From an uncultured virus (IMG/VR IMGVR_UViG_3300042922_000886) (Duplodnaviria > Heunggongvirae > Uroviricota > Caudoviricetes), in IMG/VR virus record IMGVR_UViG_3300042922_000886, positions 1 to 64,000 of that record: a stretch of 64,000 bases of DNA, one strand, 5' to 3'. The first letter of the stretch is position 1. The number at the start of each line of letters is the position of its first letter. Below, piece by piece: positions 1 through 10,383 of this stretch. The notes below the pieces were generated by a model. That model saw only the letters and a program-made list of their open reading frames with translations. It ran no database searches and had not been told where the DNA came from. The position numbers and the translations under genes are program-made.

Positions 1-2210
1 TTAGTTGTCCATATAGAGATTTCACTGTTCAAAGTATTTAACGCGTTTTGATAGTTTGCCTTCTCCGTTGTAATGCCGAGCGAAGTCGCTACGTTGATTA
101 CATCTGTGGATTCTTTATCAACCTGTGCTTGCGACAACTTTAATGCATTGGCTTCGGCCAGCGTAATCATCCCGTCATCGGCATACTGATCCAACGCATC
201 TTCAAGGGAATCTAGAGAGCCATTCAACTCGATGACTTGAGTATCCACGTACTGTTGAGTATTTCCTTCTACACTATTCCAATAAGTTGCAGATGATATT
301 ACAGTATCGGGAATCTTTGCTCCCCCATCGCCAACGATGATTTGATTCGCTCGTAGTTGTACGAACTCACCGAGTACACCCATGATGTTTTCTGCAACGA
401 TTCGATCATGGCGAATTGCCGTTTTCCACGTATTTCCTCCGTCTCCCGACATCGCGAGAATACCGTGTTGGGCAATGAGCATTTTATTGGAGTCGGCTGG
501 ATCATAGATACGCAGTCCTTTACGACTTATTTCAACAGTCTCGTTTTGACTCGCTTTTATTTCTCGCGCTGCTGCGTCCCATGTGTTGTTGATCGTCTGG
601 AATATCTCTGAGTTAGTTGTTACGGTATCCTGCAAGGCGTATTTACTGCTGTCGTAGGATGCAGAAGAGGAAATTGTTCGATATAGATTCTTAATAAATC
701 TTTGCTCGTCAGTTAGTATATCTTTCACATTACTGATAGTGAGATTTATTTCTCCTGATTCATAATCAAAGTTTAACTCGATTATTTTCGCAGTAATGTT
801 AACATTTAGTTTATCATGTTCTATTTTTATAATGTCGCCTAAATTTAATTTATCCCAGTTGCCTTGCTCACTCATTATTTCGAATAAGTTCACAATTGAA
901 ATATTTACCGATATATGTGGTTCTCGACGTTTTTCAAACTCTTTTTTCGCAGCATCATACAATTCTTTAGCATCTGTATAATTCTCATTCGACCATTCTT
1001 GAACGACGACATGAGGATTCCATTCTTTCAATTGATCTTCTGTAAAATTATTTTCAAGAGTTAAAGAATTTCTAAGTGTAGTAATTTGACTATCCACACT
1101 CGCAATATTCGTAGTGATACCATTAATTACACTTTGTTGACCATTTATTTGACTTTGTTTGGCTGTTTTTTGTGCTATAATCCCAGAAGTACTTCCACCA
1201 GTTGCATTAGCAACACTTAGCTGATCTTCAATTATGGCAAGTTCGTTTTGCAGATTGTACAAAGAATTTTGATTCGTAACTAAATTACTCTGCAACGTCT
1301 CTTTTTGGGATAGTAACGAGCTGAATGCCGCCTTACTTCCTTCCACTAATTCTTGATAGTCTAAGATTGCATTGGCCAGATCATCACTTATATCCTGTGC
1401 ATGGGACAGTACATTGCCATGTATGTCTCGTTGAAACCCGTATAAAATACTCGAATAATCTTCTAGAAAGTTACTGCCTGTAGGATTAACTGATTGAATA
1501 CTTAGACCAGACCGACCGAATACTTTCAAACGAGTACAATAATCTGCACTGTCCGACTCATAAGTGATATTCTTGAGCAGCTTCCCATACTTAACTTTAA
1601 ATCCTCTATTTTGACCAATATTATCAATGTCGTAAAAAGAAATCCTACGATTGACCGTATCATAAACGATTACAGCGTTAAACGTTTCTGCAACCTGTTG
1701 AATAGCATCAAGGACGGAAGAGGAAATATCAAAAGATCGGTACTTTATATTAAAACTCGAATCAATATAATCAATCGACCAAATTGATTCAGAGAGTAAA
1801 TCGGCTAATACTTCTGTCGCATTCTTAGATGTAACACTGTAATCTTTTATTTTTTTATCGCGCAATTCATATCCGAGACTATAGCATTCTACTTTTTTAT
1901 AATCGGCATTATCATCCATTACATCCGCAACCTTATGTATGATGTAATACTCGATGTAATCTCCCTTATTAAACTTTACTATTCTTCTTTCTTTTATTTT
2001 TAAGATATTCTCATTTTGTATTAAGCCTTGTGTGCGCGCCAGTTCATATGGTATATGAAAAGATAACTCATTTATGTTTCCAATTGTAATTTTTTGGCTT
2101 ACATTATATGACTCACTGAGATTTCCAATGACAGTTCGATATAAATCGTTTTTGCACAATTGCAATCGTGGCTTTATTTTCTTTTTAGACCAATCGATTT
2201 GCGGAAACAA
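1..2210 (-). CDS. Phage tail protein (YomG-like, Tal/endopeptidase family), runs off the left edge
   Basis: Manual translation from TTG at 2210 gives MFPQIDWSKKKIKPRLQLCK...NELSFHIPY; same frame is open at position 1; follows the distal tail gene. Confidence 0.75.
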   Translation of the reverse strand, partial: MFPQIDWSKKKIKPRLQLCKNDLYRTVIGNLSESYNVSQKITIGNINELSFHIPYELARTQGLIQNENILKIKERRIVKFNKGDYIEYYIIHKVADVMDDNADYKKVECYSLGYELRDKKIKDYSVTSKNATEVLADLLSESIWSIDYIDSSFNIKYRSFDISSSVLDAIQQVAETFNAVIVYDTVNRRISFYDIDNIGQNRGFKVKYGKLLKNITYESDSADYCTRLKVFGRSGLSIQSVNPTGSNFLEDYSSILYGFQRDIHGNVLSHAQDISDDLANAILDYQELVEGSKAAFSSLLSQKETLQSNLVTNQNSLYNLQNELAIIEDQLSVANATGGSTSGIIAQKTAKQSQINGQQSVINGITTNIASVDSQITTLRNSLTLENNFTEDQLKEWNPHVVVQEWSNENYTDAKELYDAAKKEFEKRREPHISVNISIVNLFEIMSEQGNWDKLNLGDIIKIEHDKLNVNITAKIIELNFDYESGEINLTISNVKDILTDEQRFIKNLYRTISSSASYDSSKYALQDTVTTNSEIFQTINNTWDAAAREIKASQNETVEISRKGLRIYDPADSNKMLIAQHGILAMSGDGGNTWKTAIRHDRIVAENIMGVLGEFVQLRANQIIVGDGGAKIPDTVISSATYWNSVEGNTQQYVDTQVIELNGSLDSLEDALDQYADDGMITLAEANALKLSQAQVDKESTDVINVATSLGITTEKANYQNALNTLNSEISIWTT

Positions 2211-2222
2211 TAGCCACACCAC

Positions 2223-3008
2223 CTATCCTTGCTTAGTTTTAAATTGATATGTAAATCTTAATTCTACGTTTCCAAACACTTTCAAATAGTTGTTCCCTCT
2301 TGTTAATTTGAGAAATAAACCATTATGGCTATCATATCTGTATGTCATCGGAATATCGCTTGTGATATCTTCACTTTCACAGTTGATTGTCAATTTTTCA
2401 TTAATACTCAAACCTGCGAAACTCATTGAATCCCCACTATCTGACATGTTCATTATCGAGAAAGACGATCCATTTACAATATAAACTTCTACAATTGGTA
2501 AGCAGTCAACGTCTCCAATATTTTGAATCAGCAGCTCCGTACCAGAAGCAGGGTTTATTGAAAAATCAAATATGGAAGTATATATAGGAGTATAGGTATA
2601 CGCATCAATATTTTCCATTGTGAGACTTATGTAGCCCTGTTTGAGAGTATTATGGATTAATTTTGTATCACCTGTATAAATACAATAGAACTTCCTGTTT
2701 ATGTTGTCGCTAAAATATAATTCTTTATAATAATTTTGAGATAGCCATCGAGCAACTTCTCGAATCTTTTCTTCATTCCAAGGTTCCAGAAAAGCAAAAT
2801 TCAAGGGTATTTGAAGAACACTCTCTCTAACCTCTTGAAAATAGGGCACTGTTCTTCCTCTAACCATGGTCTTAATTATTTCACGTTCAGATAGAAAAAT
2901 TTCTTCCTGCATTCCCGAAGATATATTTGCATTCACCAATCCCATGTCTGTACTTTTAATATTGTCGTACATAAAATAAAGACTTTCCGCGATAGTTATA
3001 AAATTCAC
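2223..3008 (-). CDS. Distal tail protein (Dit, YomH-like)
   Basis: Directly after the tape measure gene; ends in typical Dit motif FLKLTRGNNYLKV. Confidence 0.8.
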   Translation of the reverse strand: MNFITIAESLYFMYDNIKSTDMGLVNANISSGMQEEIFLSEREIIKTMVRGRTVPYFQEVRESVLQIPLNFAFLEPWNEEKIREVARWLSQNYYKELYFSDNINRKFYCIYTGDTKLIHNTLKQGYISLTMENIDAYTYTPIYTSIFDFSINPASGTELLIQNIGDVDCLPIVEVYIVNGSSFSIMNMSDSGDSMSFAGLSINEKLTINCESEDITSDIPMTYRYDSHNGLFLKLTRGNNYLKVFGNVELRFTYQFKTKQG

Positions 3009-3052
3009 CCCACAATACTAAGAAGGAGTTGAGAGTCCAACTCCTCGCTACT

Positions 3053-6000
3053 TTAATTCCCCATCTTTTGAAAATTCTTAATAATTGTATTAAATACGGT
3101 TTCTCCACCATTTCTGTCGCCAGTTACTTGATCGATCCGTAGATTTAAGTTGTAGGTTGGACCATTTGCAACTGGTTCCGTTCGATTAAACCTAATATTA
3201 TCGAAATTTGGTCTGCGAATACTCTCAAAAATACTCCGAGTTACATCGACCACTTTGAGCAGTTTCGAAGTATCAAATTTGTCTAATATTAATTCTTTCT
3301 CATCCAAGAATGCTAGTTTTGGCTGATTACCGAATGCAGGAGTCATCCCCCCTGTATCGAACCGTGCTACATTACCTTTAATAATGTCCTGATAGTCGTA
3401 ATCTGCAAATCCGTACTTCTTTCTGAACGCTTCGTTTTCAATATTGAGTTGAGCCATACGTTCTAGATTTGGTTTAGCCGACTTGCTTAATGACTCCCAT
3501 TCAACTTTATTTTGAATGTACTTAGAATGGTCACTCCGCTTTTGCGCTAATGCGCTGTCTACTACAACATTGCTTATATTGCCAGTTGAAACAGCCTGAA
3601 GTAACCGGAGGGCATTTTCTAACTCTGCGACAAGATTATTACGGATACTTTTGCCCATCTCAGAAGTGTTGGATGAAATCTCATTCTTCAAACTGTTAAG
3701 CGAACTTTCGATAGTAGAAATATTTCCGGCAATAATTTCTGATTCAAGTTGCGCGAAATAAGCATCATTGTTTAAAACATTGTCCCAATATTGCTTTCGT
3801 GCATCTTCGACGTTTTTCAGACCACTCTTGATACCCTCATATTTCGCATCTTCGGCTTTCTTACTCGCATCAATCTCTTTTTCTTTTTGATTCAATTGTT
3901 CCTGTAGCGCATCTTTGCGTAACTTTCTCGAACGATCCTCCTTGAATTTCTCAATTTCTTCTAGTTTGTTTTGGAGTTCCTGTTCGAGTTGCTCACGCTT
4001 TGCTTTGGTTTCAATGGAATCGTCCAGTGCGAGAACGCTTATTTGACTCTGAATTTTTTGAGCATCAGATTGTTTTTTCGTTAAATCAGAATCAAAATCT
4101 TCTTTCTCGTTCAGTTTATCGAGTAAAGATAACTGCTCATCAATTGAGTTCTTATATTTTTGCAGTTCGTCATCCAACTGCTCCATTTTTTCGTTATGAT
4201 TTTTCTCTTGTTGTTCTGCAATCTTCTCAATATCTTTTAACTGTTCATCGCGTTGATATTCAAGAGATTTTCTATGTGCATCGACGACTTTTTTGGCAAT
4301 TTCTTCGAGTTTCTTATTCTTTTGTTCGGATAACTCGAGTAACTTCATCCGTGCATCATATACATTCTTATCTGCTGTCAACTGTTCTGACTCGGATAAT
4401 GCGATGATTCCACGTTCCTTCGTCCATCGCGAGTCGGCCATACGTAGACGAGCATCGAGAACCATTTGAGCGATTTCGATTTCCGTTTTACCGGCAAGAG
4501 TCAAACGAGTTGTCTCTTCGGAAATCCAATTTTCCGACAGTTTGAACTCATTCTCTCGATGCTCATTTGTTAATTGATCGATTTGTGTTAGCAGATTACC
4601 AACTGTATCTGTGACCTTTTGTACTTCTTCATCATTACTTTTCCATGCTTGTTTAATAGATTGAATTTGCCCGAAGATGCTCTCATAAAGGTTCATTTGG
4701 TTTTTGAGAGTCTTAATTTGATTCTCTTGTGCTGTAGTTAGGTTTTCTCCAGTGCCTTCAATCTGTTGAATTTGCTTTACAATATCCGTAATCGCCTTTG
4801 TGTAGGTCTTCGATGCCGTCGCGTCGTCATTAAACCAAGCATCAAAACCGACTAACGTACCTTCGCCATTATCCATTGCGAATAGTTCTGCAAGTTCAGT
4901 ATACGTTCCACGTATCTCATCAGCATAACCGGATAGATTTTTGTTTGCAGAATAAATATCCTCTATTTTAGACTGCTGTTCAGCAAGGAGTTTATTCGTT
5001 AATTCTAATGATTTATTATAATCATCCGTTTTCTTCTCTGTGTTAATCTGCCGTTCGAGTGACTTGATATTCTGGTCACGCTTTGAAATGATACTATTGA
5101 TATTGTCAATTTCTTCTCTGGTAAAGTCTGGGGGCGTAGTAAGAGTTGCTTGTGTGTCCTGCTTAGGTTCTTTATAACCCTTTGGATCGATACGATCTCC
5201 CTTTTGAAGACGGTAGATATCCTCATCAATGCCGTATAAATCTTCGGAATATAAGTCAGAAAAAGAATTTCGAATATTTTTCAGCTTCTCTAACTGTTGA
5301 GCAGCATTTTCATATCCAGTCGATTCCATGTTGACGAGATGACGGAATTGCTCCATCTCTGACTGGAATGCATCTTTTCGGACTTTATATTCTTCCTCGA
5401 TCTCTTCAGGTGATTTGACTTTTCCGAGTGTGCCTGACTTTTTTTCTGGGGGTGTTTCACCTTTATTTGTATTGTTTAAACTGTCAAGTAGTTCTTGTGA
5501 CTGCTTTATTTCTTGTTCAATTTTAGCTATTTCTTGACCATCTTTTAATATTTCACTCGCTATGTCTTCACGCTTATATTTGAAATCATTTGAGAGGATA
5601 CCTTTAGCACCTTGCAACACACGTCCAAAGTCAAACAAGCCGGATATTGGCTCTAAAAGTTCATTATTGGAAGCAATGCGTTTTTCGAGTTCCTGCTTTC
5701 TCTTATTACCTTGATCTATTTTAGTTTGTTCCGTAATACGAAGTACTTCGCCGTATTTCTTTTTATAATCATCCAACTTTGTGATATTGATATCAACAGC
5801 TTTACCATGCTCATTCCACTGAGTCACCAAGGACGGCATTTTATTCGCAAGAGTTTCAATGACCTTAGTAAGTTCTGTCTTAGCATTCTTTATCTCGATA
5901 TCAGACTTAGTATTTTCTTCGATTATTTTCTTTAGTTCGTGATATTTATCGGTAAGTTTAAATACTTCGTCTTGATTATCATTCAGAGCATTATCCAGAT

Positions 6001-8236
6001 CAGATAAATTTCTTGTTGCATCTGCGCTATTTTTAATAATTTTCTCAAATATGAATCCAAGTGCAACAAATGCCGCACCAACCAGCGTCGCGGATGCCAA
6101 AGTTCTTAAAGAAACAGTAAGTGCCCTTGTAGCAATAGTTGCTCTTGTCGTACCAGCTTCAACAACCAACAATGAAGCTACAAAGTTTCTAAAGTTTGAA
6201 TTTAATGCGAAGGTTGCCACTCCGACCGTTCCCATAACCGGACCCAGAATACCAAAGTTGCTTGTTAACTCTGATCCGATTTTGGCTAGATCTGTAGCAC
6301 CCTTTATTAACAGAATCAAAGAGTCAGTAAGGACAGCATCTCCAACTGTGAGTGCCAATTCACTAAAAGCATTTTTCATTTTATTGATTCTTGCTTCTAA
6401 ACCTTGTTGATACTTATCATTTTCTCGAGCAGCACTACCGAATGAATTCAATGCTGTCGTTGTAGCATCTACCGACAATTTACCACCCGACATCAAAGCG
6501 AAAAATCGGTTTAACTGGTATCTACCAGCTAATGCAACACCCAACGATTGCTGTGTCTCAGCATTCAAGTTGCTCCAAGAGGATTGCAATTCTGTAATGA
6601 TTTGAGTTGCCGTCTTCATTTCGCCGTTCGAATCACGAACATTAATTCCAATCGAAGCAAGCGAATCAATTGCCGGTTGCATGGTCGTAAGTCTGGAGTA
6701 GATGGTTTTCAAGGCATTTCCCACAACTGCTCCTGACTCTCGTGTCTGAACTCCGATTGCAGTTACATGTCCAATTTGCTCTTCCATAGTAACTCCAAAA
6801 GCGTCACCAGCGCTTCCAGCCTTTTGAAGTGCAAGCGCCAAATCTCTACTTGTAATTGCAAACTGATTGTCTACCTCGTTGATGGCGTTTATGATTCTGA
6901 TGGAATCTTCGGCTTTGATATTAAAGACTTCCATTGCAGAAACCATTGTAGACATGGATTCTTCAACGCTAAGTTCAGAAATATTTGCAGCCATAATCGC
7001 TGTTCGAGTCAATGCTTCAATTTGTTGTTCGGAAAAGTTTCCTTGTCGTGCGAAGCCAATCATGGACTGATTTACATTTTGGATAGACTGGCCGAGTTCA
7101 TTAGCAAGATTTATGCTGACACGCAACATATCATTTACATCAACTACGGGATCAACAACACGCCTTAACTCGGTTAATTGTTTATCAATCTGTATGATCG
7201 TGTCGACGGCAGAATTGAGTGCTCTAAGTGGTGCGTAGAAAGCTGTGGCTGCAACCATCCATATCGGAAAACGAGTTAGGGCTGTTTTTAGTGCCTCTCC
7301 CATGGTAAGGGTGTGAGCGCTTGCTATCTTAGCCTCTGCACCGATCTGTTTAATCTGATTCGGAATCTCCCGTAATCTCTTATCGAAATCCGGGTTTCCA
7401 ATATCCATATTTCCTAATTCAGTTTTTAACGATGACAGTGCGCCTGTATTTACTTTATTACCATACCGCCGTTCCAAATCAGTGATACTGGCTATATATT
7501 TAGCTCGATATGTCTCTAAATCGCGAAGCTTCTTCTCTGTTGCAGCGCGATCCATATCCATGTTTTTCTGAATCGCTCTTTGCTGTTCCTCATTCCACTT
7601 TCTTGACTCGTTTCGAACTCTTTCTTCAGATTTAATTCGACCAGCATACATTTGTTCAAGTAATTTCTGCTCATCTTCTCGATCTCTTTTGAAATTTGTC
7701 GTAGTCGATGATCCAATTAGAGTTTGTCCATCGGATTCTAATTTTCGTGTAGTTACTGTATTTCCTTCTGAAGATACAACTCTATATCCTTTTGTTGCAT
7801 TTGCTTTATTTTTTAATACAGTTATCGAGTCAAGTTCACTATTATTTAGTTTATCTACAGCTTTAGCAAGTTTGTCAGCAGCGAGGGTCTCATCTTGCAT
7901 TGCCTTCTTATTGGCATCGTGTATAGTCTTAGTTTTTTGAATTATTTCTCCGCTTTTAAGAACTTTTTGAGACACTTGAGTAACGGTTCCATCAAGCTTC
8001 TTATATATATCCTGAGTTTCCGAGATAACTTTATTTTGTTCGTCTGCGACACTCTTCAACTTCTCGGTTGCCTTAATAAACGATTGAATGTGTGTATTAA
8101 AATTCTCTGGCACTTCTATTTTAAGTTTTAATTTATTTATTTTTTTTTCTAAACCAGCAATTGCGGAATTAATTTCACCTATGCTACGACCAACATTTAA
8201 GCTTGATGTAATAAGGATTTTTAAATTGTTATTCAT
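3053..8236 (-). CDS. Tail tape measure protein
   Basis: 1727 aa, helical/coiled-coil; TMP core (NEVDNQFAITSRDLA, RESGAVVGNALKTIYSR), hydrophobic segments, C-terminal FDTGG. Confidence 0.92.
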   Translation of the reverse strand: MNNNLKILITSSLNVGRSIGEINSAIAGLEKKINKLKLKIEVPENFNTHIQSFIKATEKLKSVADEQNKVISETQDIYKKLDGTVTQVSQKVLKSGEIIQKTKTIHDANKKAMQDETLAADKLAKAVDKLNNSELDSITVLKNKANATKGYRVVSSEGNTVTTRKLESDGQTLIGSSTTTNFKRDREDEQKLLEQMYAGRIKSEERVRNESRKWNEEQQRAIQKNMDMDRAATEKKLRDLETYRAKYIASITDLERRYGNKVNTGALSSLKTELGNMDIGNPDFDKRLREIPNQIKQIGAEAKIASAHTLTMGEALKTALTRFPIWMVAATAFYAPLRALNSAVDTIIQIDKQLTELRRVVDPVVDVNDMLRVSINLANELGQSIQNVNQSMIGFARQGNFSEQQIEALTRTAIMAANISELSVEESMSTMVSAMEVFNIKAEDSIRIINAINEVDNQFAITSRDLALALQKAGSAGDAFGVTMEEQIGHVTAIGVQTRESGAVVGNALKTIYSRLTTMQPAIDSLASIGINVRDSNGEMKTATQIITELQSSWSNLNAETQQSLGVALAGRYQLNRFFALMSGGKLSVDATTTALNSFGSAARENDKYQQGLEARINKMKNAFSELALTVGDAVLTDSLILLIKGATDLAKIGSELTSNFGILGPVMGTVGVATFALNSNFRNFVASLLVVEAGTTRATIATRALTVSLRTLASATLVGAAFVALGFIFEKIIKNSADATRNLSDLDNALNDNQDEVFKLTDKYHELKKIIEENTKSDIEIKNAKTELTKVIETLANKMPSLVTQWNEHGKAVDINITKLDDYKKKYGEVLRITEQTKIDQGNKRKQELEKRIASNNELLEPISGLFDFGRVLQGAKGILSNDFKYKREDIASEILKDGQEIAKIEQEIKQSQELLDSLNNTNKGETPPEKKSGTLGKVKSPEEIEEEYKVRKDAFQSEMEQFRHLVNMESTGYENAAQQLEKLKNIRNSFSDLYSEDLYGIDEDIYRLQKGDRIDPKGYKEPKQDTQATLTTPPDFTREEIDNINSIISKRDQNIKSLERQINTEKKTDDYNKSLELTNKLLAEQQSKIEDIYSANKNLSGYADEIRGTYTELAELFAMDNGEGTLVGFDAWFNDDATASKTYTKAITDIVKQIQQIEGTGENLTTAQENQIKTLKNQMNLYESIFGQIQSIKQAWKSNDEEVQKVTDTVGNLLTQIDQLTNEHRENEFKLSENWISEETTRLTLAGKTEIEIAQMVLDARLRMADSRWTKERGIIALSESEQLTADKNVYDARMKLLELSEQKNKKLEEIAKKVVDAHRKSLEYQRDEQLKDIEKIAEQQEKNHNEKMEQLDDELQKYKNSIDEQLSLLDKLNEKEDFDSDLTKKQSDAQKIQSQISVLALDDSIETKAKREQLEQELQNKLEEIEKFKEDRSRKLRKDALQEQLNQKEKEIDASKKAEDAKYEGIKSGLKNVEDARKQYWDNVLNNDAYFAQLESEIIAGNISTIESSLNSLKNEISSNTSEMGKSIRNNLVAELENALRLLQAVSTGNISNVVVDSALAQKRSDHSKYIQNKVEWESLSKSAKPNLERMAQLNIENEAFRKKYGFADYDYQDIIKGNVARFDTGGMTPAFGNQPKLAFLDEKELILDKFDTSKLLKVVDVTRSIFESIRRPNFDNIRFNRTEPVANGPTYNLNLRIDQVTGDRNGGETVFNTIIKNFQKMGN

Positions 8237-8258
8237 TGAACCACTCCTTTTGAAAATA

Positions 8259-8287
8259 AAAAAAGAAGTGGTATATTTACCACTCCT
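8259..8287 (-). terminator. Rho-independent terminator
   Basis: Minus strand AGGAGTGGTA-AATA-TACCACTTCT followed by a T run, downstream of 8318-9319. Confidence 0.65.
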
Positions 8288-8317
8288 AGCATTTTAGTAT
8301 GTTTTTTATATTTGCCG

Positions 8318-9319
8318 TCATTTTGTCCGCTCTAAATTTCCGTTCTTATCCATTCTGAATGCCGTTTTTATTTCTGATGAAACTTTTATATCGATAGCGG
8401 AAGCGATGATTCCTTTAGTTTGAATCAGTTCATCTGATATTTTTTCTTTTTCACTTTTTAATTTTTTGAGTGCTGATTGTAGTGCAGCATTTTTTAATTG
8501 CAGAGTTTCAATTTTATCTTCCAATAGTGCAATTTTTTCATTTTGCAAACCTTCGATGCTCTTTTTCATCTCTTCAAACTCTACTAATACTGAATTCAAC
8601 ATCATTTCCTGCCAACTTGGTTTTTTGTATCCTTTAAAATCAGTAAGTTCTTCGCTGTTTTCACTGTTGTCGTGTATATTTCTTTTATTTCCTTCGATTT
8701 TTCTCTTAAGTTCTTCATTTTGAATTTTAGGTTTAATTGATGATGTATATCTGGAGCGACATGCATTTTGAGATTTTCCTAATTTTGCTGATGCAATTGC
8801 ACAAGCAGAATTTAATGTTCCACCACGATTTACTTCGTTAATAATGATGTCGTACAATATCAGATCTTTATTGTCCCAACTGCTACCAGTTACAGCTTTT
8901 GAGCGATGTTGTTGAGTTGAGTACTGTTCAACATTCAGGAGATATGTACGAACTTGTTTAGCAATTTCGCTCTTTTGAAGAAGCATTCCGATCCGTAGTA
9001 CACACCGGCGATTGAGTAAAGTTAATGACGGTATCTTTTTTAACTCAGTGACATTTTGTAACAAAGTCGACTTTATGTGTTTAAGCTCATTTCCTTTAAC
9101 TACCTTTAATCCATCTTGTACTAATTCGTCATTATTACGTACAATAATCTGCCTTATAGTGACGTCTTCGACAAGGTAGTATTCCGAAATCATCTTTGTG
9201 GTCAAATGTTCGTCATCAGGAAGCATTGTCAAAATTTTGACTCTATCTAAAGTCTCAACTCGATTAATATAAGCATTTCTCAACTGCACATCTTCAACGA
9301 AGTTTTCTTGTCTTAGCAT
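8318..9319 (-). CDS. Antirepressor-like DNA-binding protein fused to an RsfA-like domain and coiled coil
   Basis: N-terminal RRCVLRIGMLLQKSEIAKQVRTYLLNVE phage DNA-binding motif; middle WDNKDLILY...GGTLNSAC...LGKSQNACRSRY aligns by eye with the RsfA protein at 58459. Confidence 0.6.
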   Translation of the reverse strand: MLRQENFVEDVQLRNAYINRVETLDRVKILTMLPDDEHLTTKMISEYYLVEDVTIRQIIVRNNDELVQDGLKVVKGNELKHIKSTLLQNVTELKKIPSLTLLNRRCVLRIGMLLQKSEIAKQVRTYLLNVEQYSTQQHRSKAVTGSSWDNKDLILYDIIINEVNRGGTLNSACAIASAKLGKSQNACRSRYTSSIKPKIQNEELKRKIEGNKRNIHDNSENSEELTDFKGYKKPSWQEMMLNSVLVEFEEMKKSIEGLQNEKIALLEDKIETLQLKNAALQSALKKLKSEKEKISDELIQTKGIIASAIDIKVSSEIKTAFRMDKNGNLERTK

Positions 9320-9609
9320 ACTCTCAACTCCTCTTCAATCTGATATTCGATGAATGACAATAAGTCATTCAATAAATCATCGGGATTATATGAGAAGAAC
9401 TTGTCTAGGAATTCGTTGAGATTGCTCGAGTTCAAGTAATACTGTGCAACTATGTATTCGTCAGATTCCTTCGTGTGAAAGTACTCTACGTAGTCTAGAA
9501 AGCCCTGTGTAGATAAGTGGTGATTTTCAATGATATGCTGCCACTTTAAGTATTCTTGATCTTTGGTCATTTGATATCCTCCTGTGAAATTGGAATATAT
9601 TTCATTCAC
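9313..9609 (-). CDS. Hypothetical protein (likely start MTKDQE near 9570)
   Basis: ORF with GGAGG RBS, coupled to the next gene. Confidence 0.6.
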   Translation of the reverse strand: MNEIYSNFTGGYQMTKDQEYLKWQHIIENHHLSTQGFLDYVEYFHTKESDEYIVAQYYLNSSNLNEFLDKFFSYNPDDLLNDLLSFIEYQIEEELRVC

Positions 9610-9616
9610 AATTCAC

Positions 9617-9702
9617 AGTATACAATCAAGTGCTAGCACCGTCAAGCAATATCAATCAAAATCCAGATGGATTTTTGCTTTTACTTGCTAGCACCTTATA
9701 GT
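9617..9702. promoter_or_regulatory. Divergent sigmaA promoters with repeated TGCTAGCACC operator
   Basis: Minus-strand TTGACG-17-TATACT (9645-9617); TGCTAGCACC at 9631 and 9686. Confidence 0.6.
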
Positions 9703-9710
9703 ATTATATA

Positions 9711-10133
9711 GTGAGATATCCTTTAAGGAGGAGTTTTCATCTTATGATTCCAGAGTCAAGTAAGCGAGTACGTTTTGCCAATTCACTAAATAAAGACTTG
9801 TACGAAAGACTTCAAGAACACTCGAAATCCACAAACATTCCTATATCTAAAATCCTTGATCAAGCAGTTGAAGAGTACTTCGTCAAAAGTAAAATTACAA
9901 TCAATGATGATCTATACAGTTACCTTTGCGTTTATTTTGGCACAAAGGGATTGGATATCGACGAAGAGATAGAGAACATTCTTGTTAAATTTGTTGATGG
10001 ACAGCAGAGACTAGTTGAAGATATTATCCATTCTGTGACCCGACAACAACGGGGGAAAAGGGTTAACATTGAGAAACGGGACGCTGTTGCCGAAGAATAT
10101 TCTAGTTATAATCCAAACGAGAAGTCAGATTAA
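9711..10133 (+). CDS. Ribbon-helix-helix DNA-binding protein
   Basis: RVRFANSLNKDLYERLQEHSKSTNIPISKILDQAVEEY is an RHH pattern. Confidence 0.75.
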   Translation: MRYPLRRSFHLMIPESSKRVRFANSLNKDLYERLQEHSKSTNIPISKILDQAVEEYFVKSKITINDDLYSYLCVYFGTKGLDIDEEIENILVKFVDGQQRLVEDIIHSVTRQQRGKRVNIEKRDAVAEEYSSYNPNEKSD

Positions 10134-10194
10134 CATTTGTTTGCAAAACTATCCGCACCTATAGCTAGATGCAGACCGTTTCGAAAACAAAATC

Positions 10195-10347
10195 TTAATT
10201 ACTTTCAGGCTTTCCTTCTTGAATTGGGTTAAGCAGGATGTACTTAATTTGAACTAGTGGTTCTGCTTCATTCCCTTTTAATTCAACTCTGTCTAGGAAG
10301 ATGAGGATATTGTCTCTAACTTGATCCGAAATTTCATATCTGGCCAT
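10195..10347 (-). CDS. Small hypothetical protein, 50 aa (MARYEISDQVRDN...)
   Basis: Manual translation; GGAGG RBS. Confidence 0.55.
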   Translation of the reverse strand: MARYEISDQVRDNILIFLDRVELKGNEAEPLVQIKYILLNPIQEGKPESN

Positions 10348-10383
10348 TAAATGACCCTCCCTATAAAATGTTGTTTTTATTTA

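Noticed and set aside
3053..8236. CwlP-like peptidoglycan hydrolase domains in the tape measure protein
   Set aside because: No lytic transglycosylase or M23 motifs were recognised by eye.
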